Assembly: GCA_964406405.1 (NCBI GenBank)
Contig: CAYORN010000002.1
Location: 248,025 to 312,024, forward strand
Length of the DNA: 64,000 nucleotides
Source of the DNA: an uncultured Alphaproteobacteria bacterium
Lineage (GTDB): Bacteria; Electryoneota; RPQS01
Reading direction: 5' to 3'
Program-made: the position numbers and the translations under genes
The notes under the pieces: model-generated
The model's database searches: none
What the model was told of the DNA's origin: nothing
Seen by the model: the letters and a program-made list of their open reading frames with translations, nothing else
In this document: in pieces, positions 27,092-36,281 of the stretch
Position numbering within the stretch: the stretch's first letter is position 1
Layout of the letters: every line of letters starts with the position of its first letter

Positions 27092-27826
27092 CTACTTCAC
27101 CCCGGTCACACCCGGCTTGGCCTCCGGGGCAGTCTCGGGGGCGGGCTTGGGCGGGGGGTCAAGCGCGGCAATCTTACGCCGCTCGATTTCGCCAAAGATC
27201 AGGTAGTAGCTGCCGATCCCCGCCGCAATGACTAATCCGATCAAGCTGTACAGCGTGACGTGGTACCGCCCGATCGTGTAGTGCGGATTGCCGACAAAGA
27301 GAATCGCGATATTGGACAGAAAAATCAAGAGGCGGATTTCGGTCGGCCCGATCCCGCCGAAGGAAATCTTGAACACGCCGCGCGTCATCGAAACCAAATT
27401 CACCAGCGTCATCATGGCGTAATAGCTGATCACCAGCAACAGCGCCACACGCATGTCCATCAGCGGCGACAAGCCCATTCCGAAGCAGATGAAGAACACC
27501 GCCAGCGTGTCGCTGTTGTGATCTACGAAAAAGCCGTAGCGGTTGCGCTCGATGTGCCGCACGCGCGCCAGCGTTCCGTCCAGACTGTCCCCCCACCAGT
27601 GCAGAATGAGACCGAAATTGGCCAGCCAGAGCCATTGCAGGCCAAAGGTTGTGAGCCAATACGAGCAGCCGATCATCAGCGCCGCGAATTGCGCCACCGC
27701 CGTCAGATGATCGGGCACGACCCACGCCGGCAGCCGCTTCGCCATCCACGGCAGCACGCGCCGCTCGAAGGGGCCGAGCGATATGTCATTGATGCGGAAT
27801 TTCGGGGTCTCGCCTTGAATGGTCAT
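27092..27826 (-). CDS. CDP-alcohol phosphatidyltransferase family protein
   Basis: Motif WWGDSLDGTLARVRHIERNRYGFFVDHNSD, i.e. D-G-x2-A-R...G...D...D. Multi-TM. Confidence 0.7.
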   Translation of the reverse strand: MTIQGETPKFRINDISLGPFERRVLPWMAKRLPAWVVPDHLTAVAQFAALMIGCSYWLTTFGLQWLWLANFGLILHWWGDSLDGTLARVRHIERNRYGFFVDHNSDTLAVFFICFGMGLSPLMDMRVALLLVISYYAMMTLVNLVSMTRGVFKISFGGIGPTEIRLLIFLSNIAILFVGNPHYTIGRYHVTLYSLIGLVIAAGIGSYYLIFGEIERRKIAALDPPPKPAPETAPEAKPGVTGVK

Positions 27827-28190
27827 GCCGCTTCTCCCGGAAGATAAGTTTTTCGTTCAGCCAGAATTTGATAAACGGCCCGGCCGCCATCCCGAGGATG
27901 TTGGCCAACAGATAATGCACGCCGAAAAAAGTGGAAAGCGTCCACAGAATCGAAACGTTTGCCGTCAGATCCACCGCGCCGGTCGCCGCATTGTAGAGCA
28001 AAAGCTGCTTCAAGAACGGCGGGCGGTTCTGGCGATCGCGCCATGCCCAGTAGCGCATCCAGATGAAGTTGTGAATGATGGCGATCTCGATCGCCATCAT
28101 ACTCGCCGGGATAATCGGAATGTACAGCACACCCTTGAACAGATACAGGCAGGCCGTATTCACGAGCATCCCGAGCCACGCCACCGCCAT
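27786..28190 (-). CDS. GtrA-family membrane protein
   Basis: MAVAWLGMLVNTACLYL...HNFIWMRYWAWRDR...FIKFWLNEKLIFR. ORF trimmed to M156 of the 289-aa track ORF. Confidence 0.55.
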   Translation of the reverse strand: MAVAWLGMLVNTACLYLFKGVLYIPIIPASMMAIEIAIIHNFIWMRYWAWRDRQNRPPFLKQLLLYNAATGAVDLTANVSILWTLSTFFGVHYLLANILGMAAGPFIKFWLNEKLIFREKRHDHSRRDPEIPHQ

Positions 28191-28261
28191 GAACTTCCCG
28201 CTACGCAACACGAACGCGAGCCGCGCGGGCTCCGCTGGGGTCGTGGGCGGCTGATTGTCTT

Positions 28262-29662
28262 TCACAACGACCCGCTGGAGAAAATGGTGTAGCTTTCCGC
28301 AAGCCAGACGATGACGAAGAGCACCGCCATTCCTATAACGCCGATCCGTTGAACCCTTGACGCGTTCCGCCATGCTCCCGGCGTCGAGAGCGCCGCGGCG
28401 CCCAGCAAAAGCGCGGGGAGCATCGGCGCATGATAGCGCGGCAAACCATACATGATCAAGGCCGAGAACGTTCCCAAGACGAGTTGGAATATTAGGAAGC
28501 CGCGCCACGGCGTATTCGTCACGAGACCCAACCCGGCAATTCCTGCCAGTACAATCAGTGCGTAGCCGAGCGCAGTAAGAATTAACAGCAGCAGCGGAAC
28601 CGCCCTGAGTTTCTCGGCTAACGACACATCCGCCCGCGGCGCATAGTGCGCCCACAACGCCATGTCCGTGCTCCAGAAGTAGGCAAACTTCTTGGGCCAG
28701 AGCTTGAGCGTTGCGAACGGATGCGACCGCGCATAATTCAGCGCCAATTGCGTCGCGTGCAGATCGCGCTCGGTTTCTGTGGTGCGCACGAATTCCAGCG
28801 GCGCGGTCACGACGTCATCGAAGCGGTACGCGCCGGTAGCCTGCGGATTGTTGCCGATATAGAGATTGATTCCCGAGTTCGTATTCAGGGCAAACCGATT
28901 GACGGCAGCGCTGTTTCGAATCATCCACGGCAAAATGGTCACAAACATTACAGCAAAGATCACGAGTGCCGCGCGCACGCGGCGATGATAGAGCAGGTGC
29001 AGCAGAATGGCCGCGGCGAGCAGCGCTCCTGTCGCGCGGGTGAGCAGCAGCAGACCAAGGATAAACCCCACGGCAATGCAACGCCGCACTGCGTTCGCTC
29101 TTTCGAGGCGATCATAAACGACCATCGCCAGCACCCACAAGAACACGAACAGCGTCTCAGTGAGAAAGAGCGACGTATAGAGAATTGCCGCCGGATACAG
29201 GAGCCACGCCCCGGCCATCATCACAGCCACGCGGTCCGCGTACCTGCGCCGCACCGAGGCAAAGAGCAGAAGCGCCGTTGTCAGATCGAGCAATAACTGG
29301 AAATAGAACACCGCGTGCTCGCCGCCGAAGAGTCGGATGAGCAAGCCCGCCGTCGCCGGAAAGAGCAGATCGCGATATGCCGTCGGCGCGCCGTGGAACG
29401 CAAAGCCGTGACCCTGCGCGACGTTCTGCGCGATCTCGTAATACTCCGGCTCATCGGGCGCGCGGAGCAACGCTCCGGCCGGGCGTAGTTCAATCGCCGC
29501 GAGCCGCAGCAGCGCGCCGACGATCAAGAGCAGCCAAAGGGTGCGGGGGAGGTGCAGAATTTTCAAACTTAAGTTGCCGAGGCAGGTTCCAGTAGAATTA
29601 TGAAGTGCCGAGCACGGACCCGAGAACCTGCCCGAAATCCGGCCACACACGTTCCGAGGCAA
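28262..29662 (-). CDS. Glycosyltransferase family 39 (ArnT/PMT-like) integral membrane protein
   Basis: Multi-TM N-terminus with a periplasmic-loop pattern, including LLLTRATGALLAAAILLH. 466 aa. Confidence 0.55.
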   Translation of the reverse strand: MPRNVCGRISGRFSGPCSALHNSTGTCLGNLSLKILHLPRTLWLLLIVGALLRLAAIELRPAGALLRAPDEPEYYEIAQNVAQGHGFAFHGAPTAYRDLLFPATAGLLIRLFGGEHAVFYFQLLLDLTTALLLFASVRRRYADRVAVMMAGAWLLYPAAILYTSLFLTETLFVFLWVLAMVVYDRLERANAVRRCIAVGFILGLLLLTRATGALLAAAILLHLLYHRRVRAALVIFAVMFVTILPWMIRNSAAVNRFALNTNSGINLYIGNNPQATGAYRFDDVVTAPLEFVRTTETERDLHATQLALNYARSHPFATLKLWPKKFAYFWSTDMALWAHYAPRADVSLAEKLRAVPLLLLILTALGYALIVLAGIAGLGLVTNTPWRGFLIFQLVLGTFSALIMYGLPRYHAPMLPALLLGAAALSTPGAWRNASRVQRIGVIGMAVLFVIVWLAESYTIFSSGSL

Positions 29663-30363
29663 GTTTCACGAGCACAGGGATTAAACGTCATCGTTTCCGA
29701 AAACCTGCCTGAAAACGTCGCGCTTAGAGAATCCTGACAGTCACATTTCCTTTGCCCAGTCCAAGGTACTCATGGATGCTCGACCAGCGATAATTCTCTG
29801 CCGTCTCCACCAAACCGGATCGCACAGGATTATTATGTAGGTATTTGAGCTTCACAATACATGCTCCGAGAGGCACCGACACATCGTCATAGCGTGGATG
29901 TCACAATGGCTGCCCGAGATTCTCGTGCAGACCCAGCATCTTTGATGTGTGTTGCTTGAAGCTCTTTATCAGCGCGGGGATGCCGGCGTTTGCTGTTTCT
30001 TGATGTAGCAGCGCGTGAAAATGATCCGGCATAAGAACATACCCTATGCAATCAATTGCATGCCGCACACGATAATATTCGAAACATCGCAGAACATTCT
30101 GACAATCCTCTTCATGCACGAAGCGAAGACCCCGAATCCGCGTTACGGTGGTCACAAAATGGTTGCTACCCGCGACATTAAGCTGCAGATGGCGCTGCCG
30201 CATGAGGAGATGCTGACGGTTGGATTTCGGGCAGGTTCTCGCACACTGCTCAACAGACAACTGCTCTCGAGGAACCTGCCTCGGCGCTTCGATCTGACAT
30301 TTCGGGCCGGTTCTTGGATTCGATTACGGTGTACCGCAAATTGCCTTGGAACCTGCCTCGGCG
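29577..30363. mobile_element. IS200/IS605-family (RAYT-like) element: HuH Y1 transposase gene flanked by inverted REPIN copies
   Basis: Left arm 29577-29637, which is the reverse complement of the right arms at 30226-30286 and 30301-30363. Each arm is a hairpin of CGGGCAGGTTC...GAACCTGCCTCG. Confidence 0.6.
29901..30260 (-). CDS. tnpA: IS200-family HuH tyrosine transposase (TnpA/RAYT), possibly C-terminally truncated
   Basis: HuH motif YVLMPDHFHALL. Only about 35 aa follow it before the stop, so the catalytic-Tyr helix may be missing. Confidence 0.55.
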   Translation of the reverse strand: MSVEQCARTCPKSNRQHLLMRQRHLQLNVAGSNHFVTTVTRIRGLRFVHEEDCQNVLRCFEYYRVRHAIDCIGYVLMPDHFHALLHQETANAGIPALIKSFKQHTSKMLGLHENLGQPL

Positions 30364-30364
30364 A

Positions 30365-31249
30365 TTAATGGACATTCGCGAACTTGTACGCCAGCCCCAG
30401 CGACAGCGTCTCTTTGAACCGCCCGCCGAGGTCAAGCTCTTTGTCGTACAGCAACTGCCACCCGAGGCTCACCTGCAGCAGCGACGTGATGCTTGTGCGC
30501 AACGTATTGTCCCAGTTGAGATCCGCCGTCTTCCAATAATCATTCGGCAGCACGTCACTCTGCGCATTGAAGAGTGCCTGGAACACGGTGAGTTTCGAGG
30601 CCAAGCTGTATTTCGCCTTCGGCGAGCCGAGCACCAGATCCGTCACCCAATCAATCCCGCCGTCGTTGGCGGTTTTCGTGGCGTGATTCATATGCTGACG
30701 GAGACCGAAACCGATGCGCGTCGTCAGTACTCTCACGTCTGGCACCTTAATCAGATCGCGGGCCACACCGAGAGCTTCCGTCAGAACCACTGGATTGAAG
30801 TAGATCTTGCTCGGTCCCGTGGCGTCGAGAAACTGCGATTCCAGCGTTCCCGAAAAATACGGGTCCACCGCCCAGCCTTTGGTCAGGCGCAGAATGCTGT
30901 CATAACGGATCTTGTCCGCGGATTTTTTCGGCTTCTCCCAGTGCTTAGTGCTGTCAATTTGCGTGTGGGTCTGGCCGAATTCGAGCTTCAGCTCGTTATT
31001 GAAGAGCCAGCTCTTCGAAAATTGCCGCTCCGCCGTGGCGCGCAGACTCGACACCCAGATAATCGTTCCGGATTCTCCGCCCGCCCAATTGTCCGAGTAC
31101 ACGGCCTGCGTCAGGCCTAAACTGGTTTCGATGCCGACTTTCCATGCCGGCATCACCTTGGTTGTATCAGCCGTCGGCGCTTGCGCCAAGACGAGCTGTG
31201 AAAAACAGAAAAGCGAAAAAACGAAAGCGTATCGTCGGCGAAGAATCAC
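30365..31249 (-). CDS. Outer-membrane beta-barrel protein (DUF3078-like)
   Basis: Signal peptide MILRRRYAFVFSLFCFSQLVLAQA. Alternating amphipathic beta-strands. Ends in an aromatic-rich strand. Confidence 0.4.
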   Translation of the reverse strand: MILRRRYAFVFSLFCFSQLVLAQAPTADTTKVMPAWKVGIETSLGLTQAVYSDNWAGGESGTIIWVSSLRATAERQFSKSWLFNNELKLEFGQTHTQIDSTKHWEKPKKSADKIRYDSILRLTKGWAVDPYFSGTLESQFLDATGPSKIYFNPVVLTEALGVARDLIKVPDVRVLTTRIGFGLRQHMNHATKTANDGGIDWVTDLVLGSPKAKYSLASKLTVFQALFNAQSDVLPNDYWKTADLNWDNTLRTSITSLLQVSLGWQLLYDKELDLGGRFKETLSLGLAYKFANVH

Positions 31250-31294
31250 ACAAGCTCCTTTGTGAGATGAGAAAGTGCACGTAAGGGACAGTAC

Positions 31295-31726
31295 TCAGCC
31301 GCGGGACTTGAGCAGGTCACGAATTTCGGAGAGTAGCACTTGGTCCTTGGTCGGCGCTGGCGGAGCGGCAGGGGCCGCGGCTTCCTGGCGCTTCATTCGA
31401 TTGATGCCCTTCACGACCATGAAAATGGCGAAGGCGACAATGAGGAAATTAATGATGGTGTTGACGAAGAGTCCGACGTTCAAGGAAACGGCGCCCGCGG
31501 CCTTGGCCTGCGCGAGTGATGCATAAGGTCCCGCAGGATTGCCATCTTTCAGCAGCAGGAACATGTTTGAGAAGTCCACATTGCCGAGCAACAGCCCGAT
31601 CGGCGGCATGAGTACATCGGCTACGAATGAGCCGACAATGGCTCCAAAGGCCGCACCGATGACGATACCGACCGCCAAATCTACCACGCTGCCACGCATG
31701 GCAAAGGCTTTGAATTCCTTGAACAT
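31295..31726 (-). CDS. mscL: Large-conductance mechanosensitive channel
   Basis: [44 protein letters not shown] is the canonical MscL N-terminus and TM1. Confidence 0.85.
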   Translation of the reverse strand: MFKEFKAFAMRGSVVDLAVGIVIGAAFGAIVGSFVADVLMPPIGLLLGNVDFSNMFLLLKDGNPAGPYASLAQAKAAGAVSLNVGLFVNTIINFLIVAFAIFMVVKGINRMKRQEAAAPAAPPAPTKDQVLLSEIRDLLKSRG

Positions 31727-31902
31727 TGCTTCGTATCTCCCGTTTGGTTGGATTTTGTTTATGATACTGCAGGCCAGAACTTGTTGAGCAAAAAACCGCC
31801 GGGGGTGCGTGGTCGCTCCGGCGGGTGTATCTCAGGGGATCAGTTAAGCGCTAGCGCATACGGGAGACGCGCCGAAAACGGGGGTCAGTCCGGTGGCAAT
31901 CT

Positions 31903-32391
31903 CTACAAGTCCTCGCGCGCTTCCTGCGCGTCCGGAACTTCGTTCTTCAAACTGGCCAGGCAATCCATGGCGGCCTGCGCTCCCGCGGCGCAACTCGTGA
32001 CGTGCTTGACGAACGCCGCCAGGCGGTTCAGCGTATCATCGTCCAAATGATGTTCCATCACGCACGCTTCGCGCTCGGCCGCCTCTTTTGTCACGCCCAG
32101 CACTTCAATCAAGAATTTCCGCGTGAGGTTGAAGCGGTCGCAGATCTCCTGCCCGACGCGCTTGCCGCGATTGGTGAGCGAAATCCGCCCGTAGTTTTCC
32201 TGCATCAAAAGCCCCACATCGCGCAGGCAGTTCACGGCGTGCCGCGCCGTGGGTAGGCGCACACCTTGCGACCGCGCCAGGTCGGTTAGCCGCACGCTGT
32301 CGCCCGCGCGAGAGAGCTGGTAGAGCGCCCGGAGGTAGTTTTCCCGCGTCGGAGTTAGGGGGTTGTCCTTGAGGACAGTATGTTGGTGCAT
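31903..32391 (-). CDS. DtxR/MntR-family metal-dependent transcriptional regulator
   Basis: TRENYLRALYQLSRAGDSVRLTDLARSQGVRLPTARHAVNCLRDVGLL is a winged-helix region, followed by a metal-site region. Confidence 0.7.
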   Translation of the reverse strand: MHQHTVLKDNPLTPTRENYLRALYQLSRAGDSVRLTDLARSQGVRLPTARHAVNCLRDVGLLMQENYGRISLTNRGKRVGQEICDRFNLTRKFLIEVLGVTKEAAEREACVMEHHLDDDTLNRLAAFVKHVTSCAAGAQAAMDCLASLKNEVPDAQEAREDL

Positions 32392-32479
32392 GATAATATT
32401 AACCTTACGGTTATCGTTCCTTCTAACAATTAAGCAATATTTGAGGAAATGTCAAATTGAAAGCTCGCAGCCTCAATCG

Positions 32480-32692
32480 TCACATTCGCTTGCCCACCAG
32501 CACTCTCGCGGCAAAAAAGAGCGCGGCGATGAGAATGAAGAGGATCAGCTTGTACGGCAATCCCCACAGGAAAATGATGAGCACCAGTCCCAGAAACGCC
32601 ACGACGCTCCACTCGCGGTAGCGCGGCGGAAAGACAAGATAAATGCCGATCGCGATCACCGCAATGGCCAGCAGAAGAAGACCATTGTCCAT
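32480..32692 (-). CDS. Small two-TM membrane protein
   Basis: Hydrophobic 70-aa ORF immediately upstream of agcS. Confidence 0.3.
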   Translation of the reverse strand: MDNGLLLLAIAVIAIGIYLVFPPRYREWSVVAFLGLVLIIFLWGLPYKLILFILIAALFFAARVLVGKRM

Positions 32693-32703
32693 GAGTGACC
32701 TCC

Positions 32704-34074
32704 TTAGTTACGTACTTGCTCCGCGGAAACAGGTTCCGGTTCCGTTGCGTGTTTCTTTTCCCACAAATGCGCGCGGGTTTCCGCCACTATCACACCACTC
32801 AACGCCAGCAGCGAAATCAGATTCGGCACGGCCATCAGACCGTTCGTGATGTCCGCAAACGTCCACACCGACTTAATGGAAACCACGGAGCCGACCATCA
32901 CCGCCATCACCCACATCCAGCGATAGTACTTGATGACGCCGGTGCCGAAGAGATACTCCGCCGCCTTCTCGCCGTAGTAGGACCAGCCGAGAATCGTCGA
33001 AAACACAAACGTCAACAGTGCTACCGCGAGAATGATCGGCCCGATGGTGTTGAATTCATTGAATGCGGCGTGAGTGAGCGCTGCGCCGTTCAGTCCTTGC
33101 GTCCACAAGCCGGAATTCACGACCACCAATCCGGTCATTGCGCACACCACGACCGTATCCCAAAATGTGCCTGTACTCGATACCAACGCTTGTCGCACCG
33201 GATTCGTGGTTTGCGCCGCGGCGGCCACAATCGGCGCGCTGCCCAGTCCCGACTCATTTGAAAACAATCCGCGCGCCACGCCATAGCGCAGCGCTTCCCG
33301 AACTCCCGCCCCTAAGAATCCGCCGACCGCCGCCTGCCCGGTGAACGCCGTGCTCAAAATCAGCTTGACCGTCTCGCCCAGCGTGTCGAACTTCCAAATC
33401 AGAAGAATCAAACAGCCGAGGACATAGAAGACCGCCATGAACGGCACCAGGCCTTCACACACGCGGGCGATGGACTTGATTCCGCCGACAATCACCAGCG
33501 CCGTGAACGCCGTCATGATGAGGCCGCTGATCCACGGCGAAACGTGAAACGTCTCATTCACCATCGTCGAGATCGAGTTCGCCTGCACCATGTTGCCGAT
33601 GCCGAAGGCGGAGATCGCCGTGAACACGGCGAACAGCACCGCCAGCCACTTCTGCTTCATGCCGCGTTCGATGGCATACATCGGCCCGCCGGAGAAGTGT
33701 CCCTGCTCGTTCTTGACGCGGTACTTCACCGCGAGCAGCGCTTCGCCGTACTTGGTCGCGATGCCGAACACGCCGGTCAGCCACATCCACAGCACGGCTC
33801 CCGGCCCGCCTGCGGCAACTGCCGTGGCCACACCGACGATGTTGCCGGTGCCGATCGTCGCCGCCAGCGCGGTGGTCAGCGCGCCGAAGTGACTGATGTC
33901 ACCCTCGCCTTCTTTGGTTCGCTGGAACGAGAGCTTGATCGCCTTGCCCAGATACCGCTGGATGAACCGCAGGCGGAAGGTCAGGTACAGGTGCGTCCCG
34001 ACCAGCAAAATCAGCAGAGGCGGTCCCCAGACGAAATCGGCAATCTGACCCAGAAGATGCTCCGCAGTGGGCAT
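32704..34074 (-). CDS. agcS: Sodium:alanine/glycine symporter (AGCS family)
   Basis: 456 aa, multi-TM. Conserved segments GGPGAVLWMW..G..GIATKYGEALLAVKYR. Confidence 0.8.
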   Translation of the reverse strand: MPTAEHLLGQIADFVWGPPLLILLVGTHLYLTFRLRFIQRYLGKAIKLSFQRTKEGEGDISHFGALTTALAATIGTGNIVGVATAVAAGGPGAVLWMWLTGVFGIATKYGEALLAVKYRVKNEQGHFSGGPMYAIERGMKQKWLAVLFAVFTAISAFGIGNMVQANSISTMVNETFHVSPWISGLIMTAFTALVIVGGIKSIARVCEGLVPFMAVFYVLGCLILLIWKFDTLGETVKLILSTAFTGQAAVGGFLGAGVREALRYGVARGLFSNESGLGSAPIVAAAAQTTNPVRQALVSSTGTFWDTVVVCAMTGLVVVNSGLWTQGLNGAALTHAAFNEFNTIGPIILAVALLTFVFSTILGWSYYGEKAAEYLFGTGVIKYYRWMWVMAVMVGSVVSIKSVWTFADITNGLMAVPNLISLLALSGVIVAETRAHLWEKKHATEPEPVSAEQVRN

Positions 34075-34340
34075 GAAAACTCCTTCAATTAGTCCTGCGA
34101 CTCAATATAGAACGGCCATAGGATAATTGCAAATCGTTGTTTTTCTGTGCAAGACATTGTTTCTGACCCACAATGATGTCGTTTCCCTATTTGTTCTCAG
34201 TATTTTTTGTTTCGATTCAAAATATCTTGCCGGAACAGCATTTATAATCTATCTTGTGTACTTGTTGGTATGTTTTGATCGTTCGCGAATAAGTTTCTGT
34301 TTTCATTCTATGTGAACTGTTTCGCAAAGGAGTAAGCGCC

Positions 34341-36251
34341 ATGTTCTTCCGCACGATTTTGTCACTGTTGGTTTTCGCGGCAGCGGCTTTCGGTGCCGTG
34401 CCGCAGCAGATCAACTATCAGGGTACCCTCACGCGCCCGGATGGGACACCGCTGGATACGGTTGTGTCCATGACCTTCAGCTTGTACGATCAAGCCGGCG
34501 ATCCCCCGCTCTGGACAGAGACACAACCCGCATGCACGGTGCGAGCGGGCCTTTTCGCGGCTGCGCTGGGGTCAGTGATTCCAATTCCGAACACGATGTT
34601 TTTATACTACGGACGATTGTTACAGATGTGGCTCGGCATTGCCGTGGGCAACGATGCTGAAATGACGCCACAGATTGCCGTGCAGTCGGTTCCGTACGCA
34701 AGAGTCGTTGGGACACTTAGCGGAGCCATGGGTGGCACTGTCTTTGGAGAAATCCGCACGGATACGCTGCATCTCGAATTTGGCATTCGTTTCCCGGACG
34801 GGAGTTTTCAAAACTCCGCTGGTGGCGGCGGAGGACAACAGTACTCGGACACCTCCACCTATGACGCCACGCGCACGTGGGTGCAAAGCAACGGCTATTT
34901 GCGGGGCGCGAACAACGTGATCAGCGCGACCGGATTCGTGGGCGGCGGCCGGAACAATTATGCCCGAGGCGATTATGCTGTGGTCGCGGGCGGCGGTGGT
35001 ACTCCGACCGATTCCAACTCTGCCATCGGCAATTATTCGGCCATCGGCGGGGGGAGAAGTAGCACTGCCAGCGGCAATTATGCCACGGTGGGCGGCGGCT
35101 ATAATAGCACTGCCAGCGGCGAGGCTGCCACGCTGGGCGGCGGCTCTTATAACTTTGCCACCGACTCTGCGGCCACCGTGGGCGGCGGCCGTTACAATCG
35201 CGCTCGGGGCCGATATAGCGTCGTCGCGGGCGGGGGAGGCGCTTCCCTTGCTGACAGCAACTCTGCCAGCGGCAACTATTCGGCCATCGGCGGCGGATGT
35301 GGTAGCACTGCCAGCGGCAATTATACCACCGTGGGCGGCGGCTCCAGCAACGAGGCCACTATTAGCTATGCCACAGTCAGCGGCGGCTTTGGTAGCACTG
35401 CCAGCAGCTACTCTGCCACGGTGGGCGGCGGCTACAGCAACGATGCCGCTTTTGGCTATGCCACGGTGGGCGGCGGCGCCAACAACAATGCCCTGGGTAA
35501 CTATGCCACGGTGGGCGGCGGCTCCAGCAACGATGCCAGCGACAACTCTGCCACCGTGGGCGGCGGAGGCAACAATACGGCCAGCGGCATATTCGCAACC
35601 ATCCCCGGCGGCAATCAGAACCGGGCGACCGGCGACTACAGTTTTGCCGCCGGACGCAGGGCACAGACAAATGGTGAAGGAGTCTTCGCCTGGGCGGATG
35701 CCACGGGTGATACCTTCTCGATCGGCTTGGCAAACAGCTTCAACGCCCGGGCCTCAAATGGTTTCCGTTTCTGGACTACCAGCGACATCACGCAGAACAT
35801 TGGCGCGCGGCTCCCCGCCGGCGGCTCGTCATGGACCACGCTGTCAGACTCGACCAAGAAGCGCAACATCCGTTTAGTAGATACGAAAGACGTGCTGGAC
35901 AAGGTGGCGCAGATGCCGATCAAACAGTGGAGCTACCAGTCGCAGGATCCTTCCATCGAGCACATCGGCCCGATGGCGCAGGATTTCTGGATGCAATTCC
36001 ATTTAGGGGATGACAGCCTGAGCATCTCGACCATTGACCCCAGCGGCATTGCGCTGGCGGCGATTCAGGAACTGGCGAAGAGAAACGAGAAACTGGAAGC
36101 TCGGAGTACAACCATGGAGGCGGAGATCAGCGAGTTGCGCTCGCGGCTGAGCGGGGATGACAAGCATCTGGCTGAATTACGAACACTTGTGCAGACCCTC
36201 GCAGCCGACAAACAGCAGTCTTCAAGTACACTTTCAGCAGCAGTTAAGTAA
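34341..36251 (+). CDS. Secreted Gly-rich repeat (tail-fibre / YadA-head-like) protein with a C-terminal peptidase-S74 intramolecular-chaperone domain and coiled-coil
   Basis: Signal peptide. N-terminal AVPQQINYQGTLT. Dozens of GGGxxNxAxGxYSxVxGG repeats. C-terminus LSDSTKKRNIRLVD..DVLDKVAQMPIKQWSYQ....EHIGPMAQDF fits the endosialidase-chaperone motif. Confidence 0.6.
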   Translation: MFFRTILSLLVFAAAAFGAVPQQINYQGTLTRPDGTPLDTVVSMTFSLYDQAGDPPLWTETQPACTVRAGLFAAALGSVIPIPNTMFLYYGRLLQMWLGIAVGNDAEMTPQIAVQSVPYARVVGTLSGAMGGTVFGEIRTDTLHLEFGIRFPDGSFQNSAGGGGGQQYSDTSTYDATRTWVQSNGYLRGANNVISATGFVGGGRNNYARGDYAVVAGGGGTPTDSNSAIGNYSAIGGGRSSTASGNYATVGGGYNSTASGEAATLGGGSYNFATDSAATVGGGRYNRARGRYSVVAGGGGASLADSNSASGNYSAIGGGCGSTASGNYTTVGGGSSNEATISYATVSGGFGSTASSYSATVGGGYSNDAAFGYATVGGGANNNALGNYATVGGGSSNDASDNSATVGGGGNNTASGIFATIPGGNQNRATGDYSFAAGRRAQTNGEGVFAWADATGDTFSIGLANSFNARASNGFRFWTTSDITQNIGARLPAGGSSWTTLSDSTKKRNIRLVDTKDVLDKVAQMPIKQWSYQSQDPSIEHIGPMAQDFWMQFHLGDDSLSISTIDPSGIALAAIQELAKRNEKLEARSTTMEAEISELRSRLSGDDKHLAELRTLVQTLAADKQQSSSTLSAAVK

Positions 36252-36281
36252 GACGATCACCTATATTCGAATCAGGAGACG

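Noticed and set aside
34960-35877. Pro/Ala-rich 305-aa ORF, plus 37513..38232 and 38233..38478
   Set aside because: Alternative frames of the Gly-repeat codons of the fibre genes, which give poly-Ala/Pro low-complexity products.
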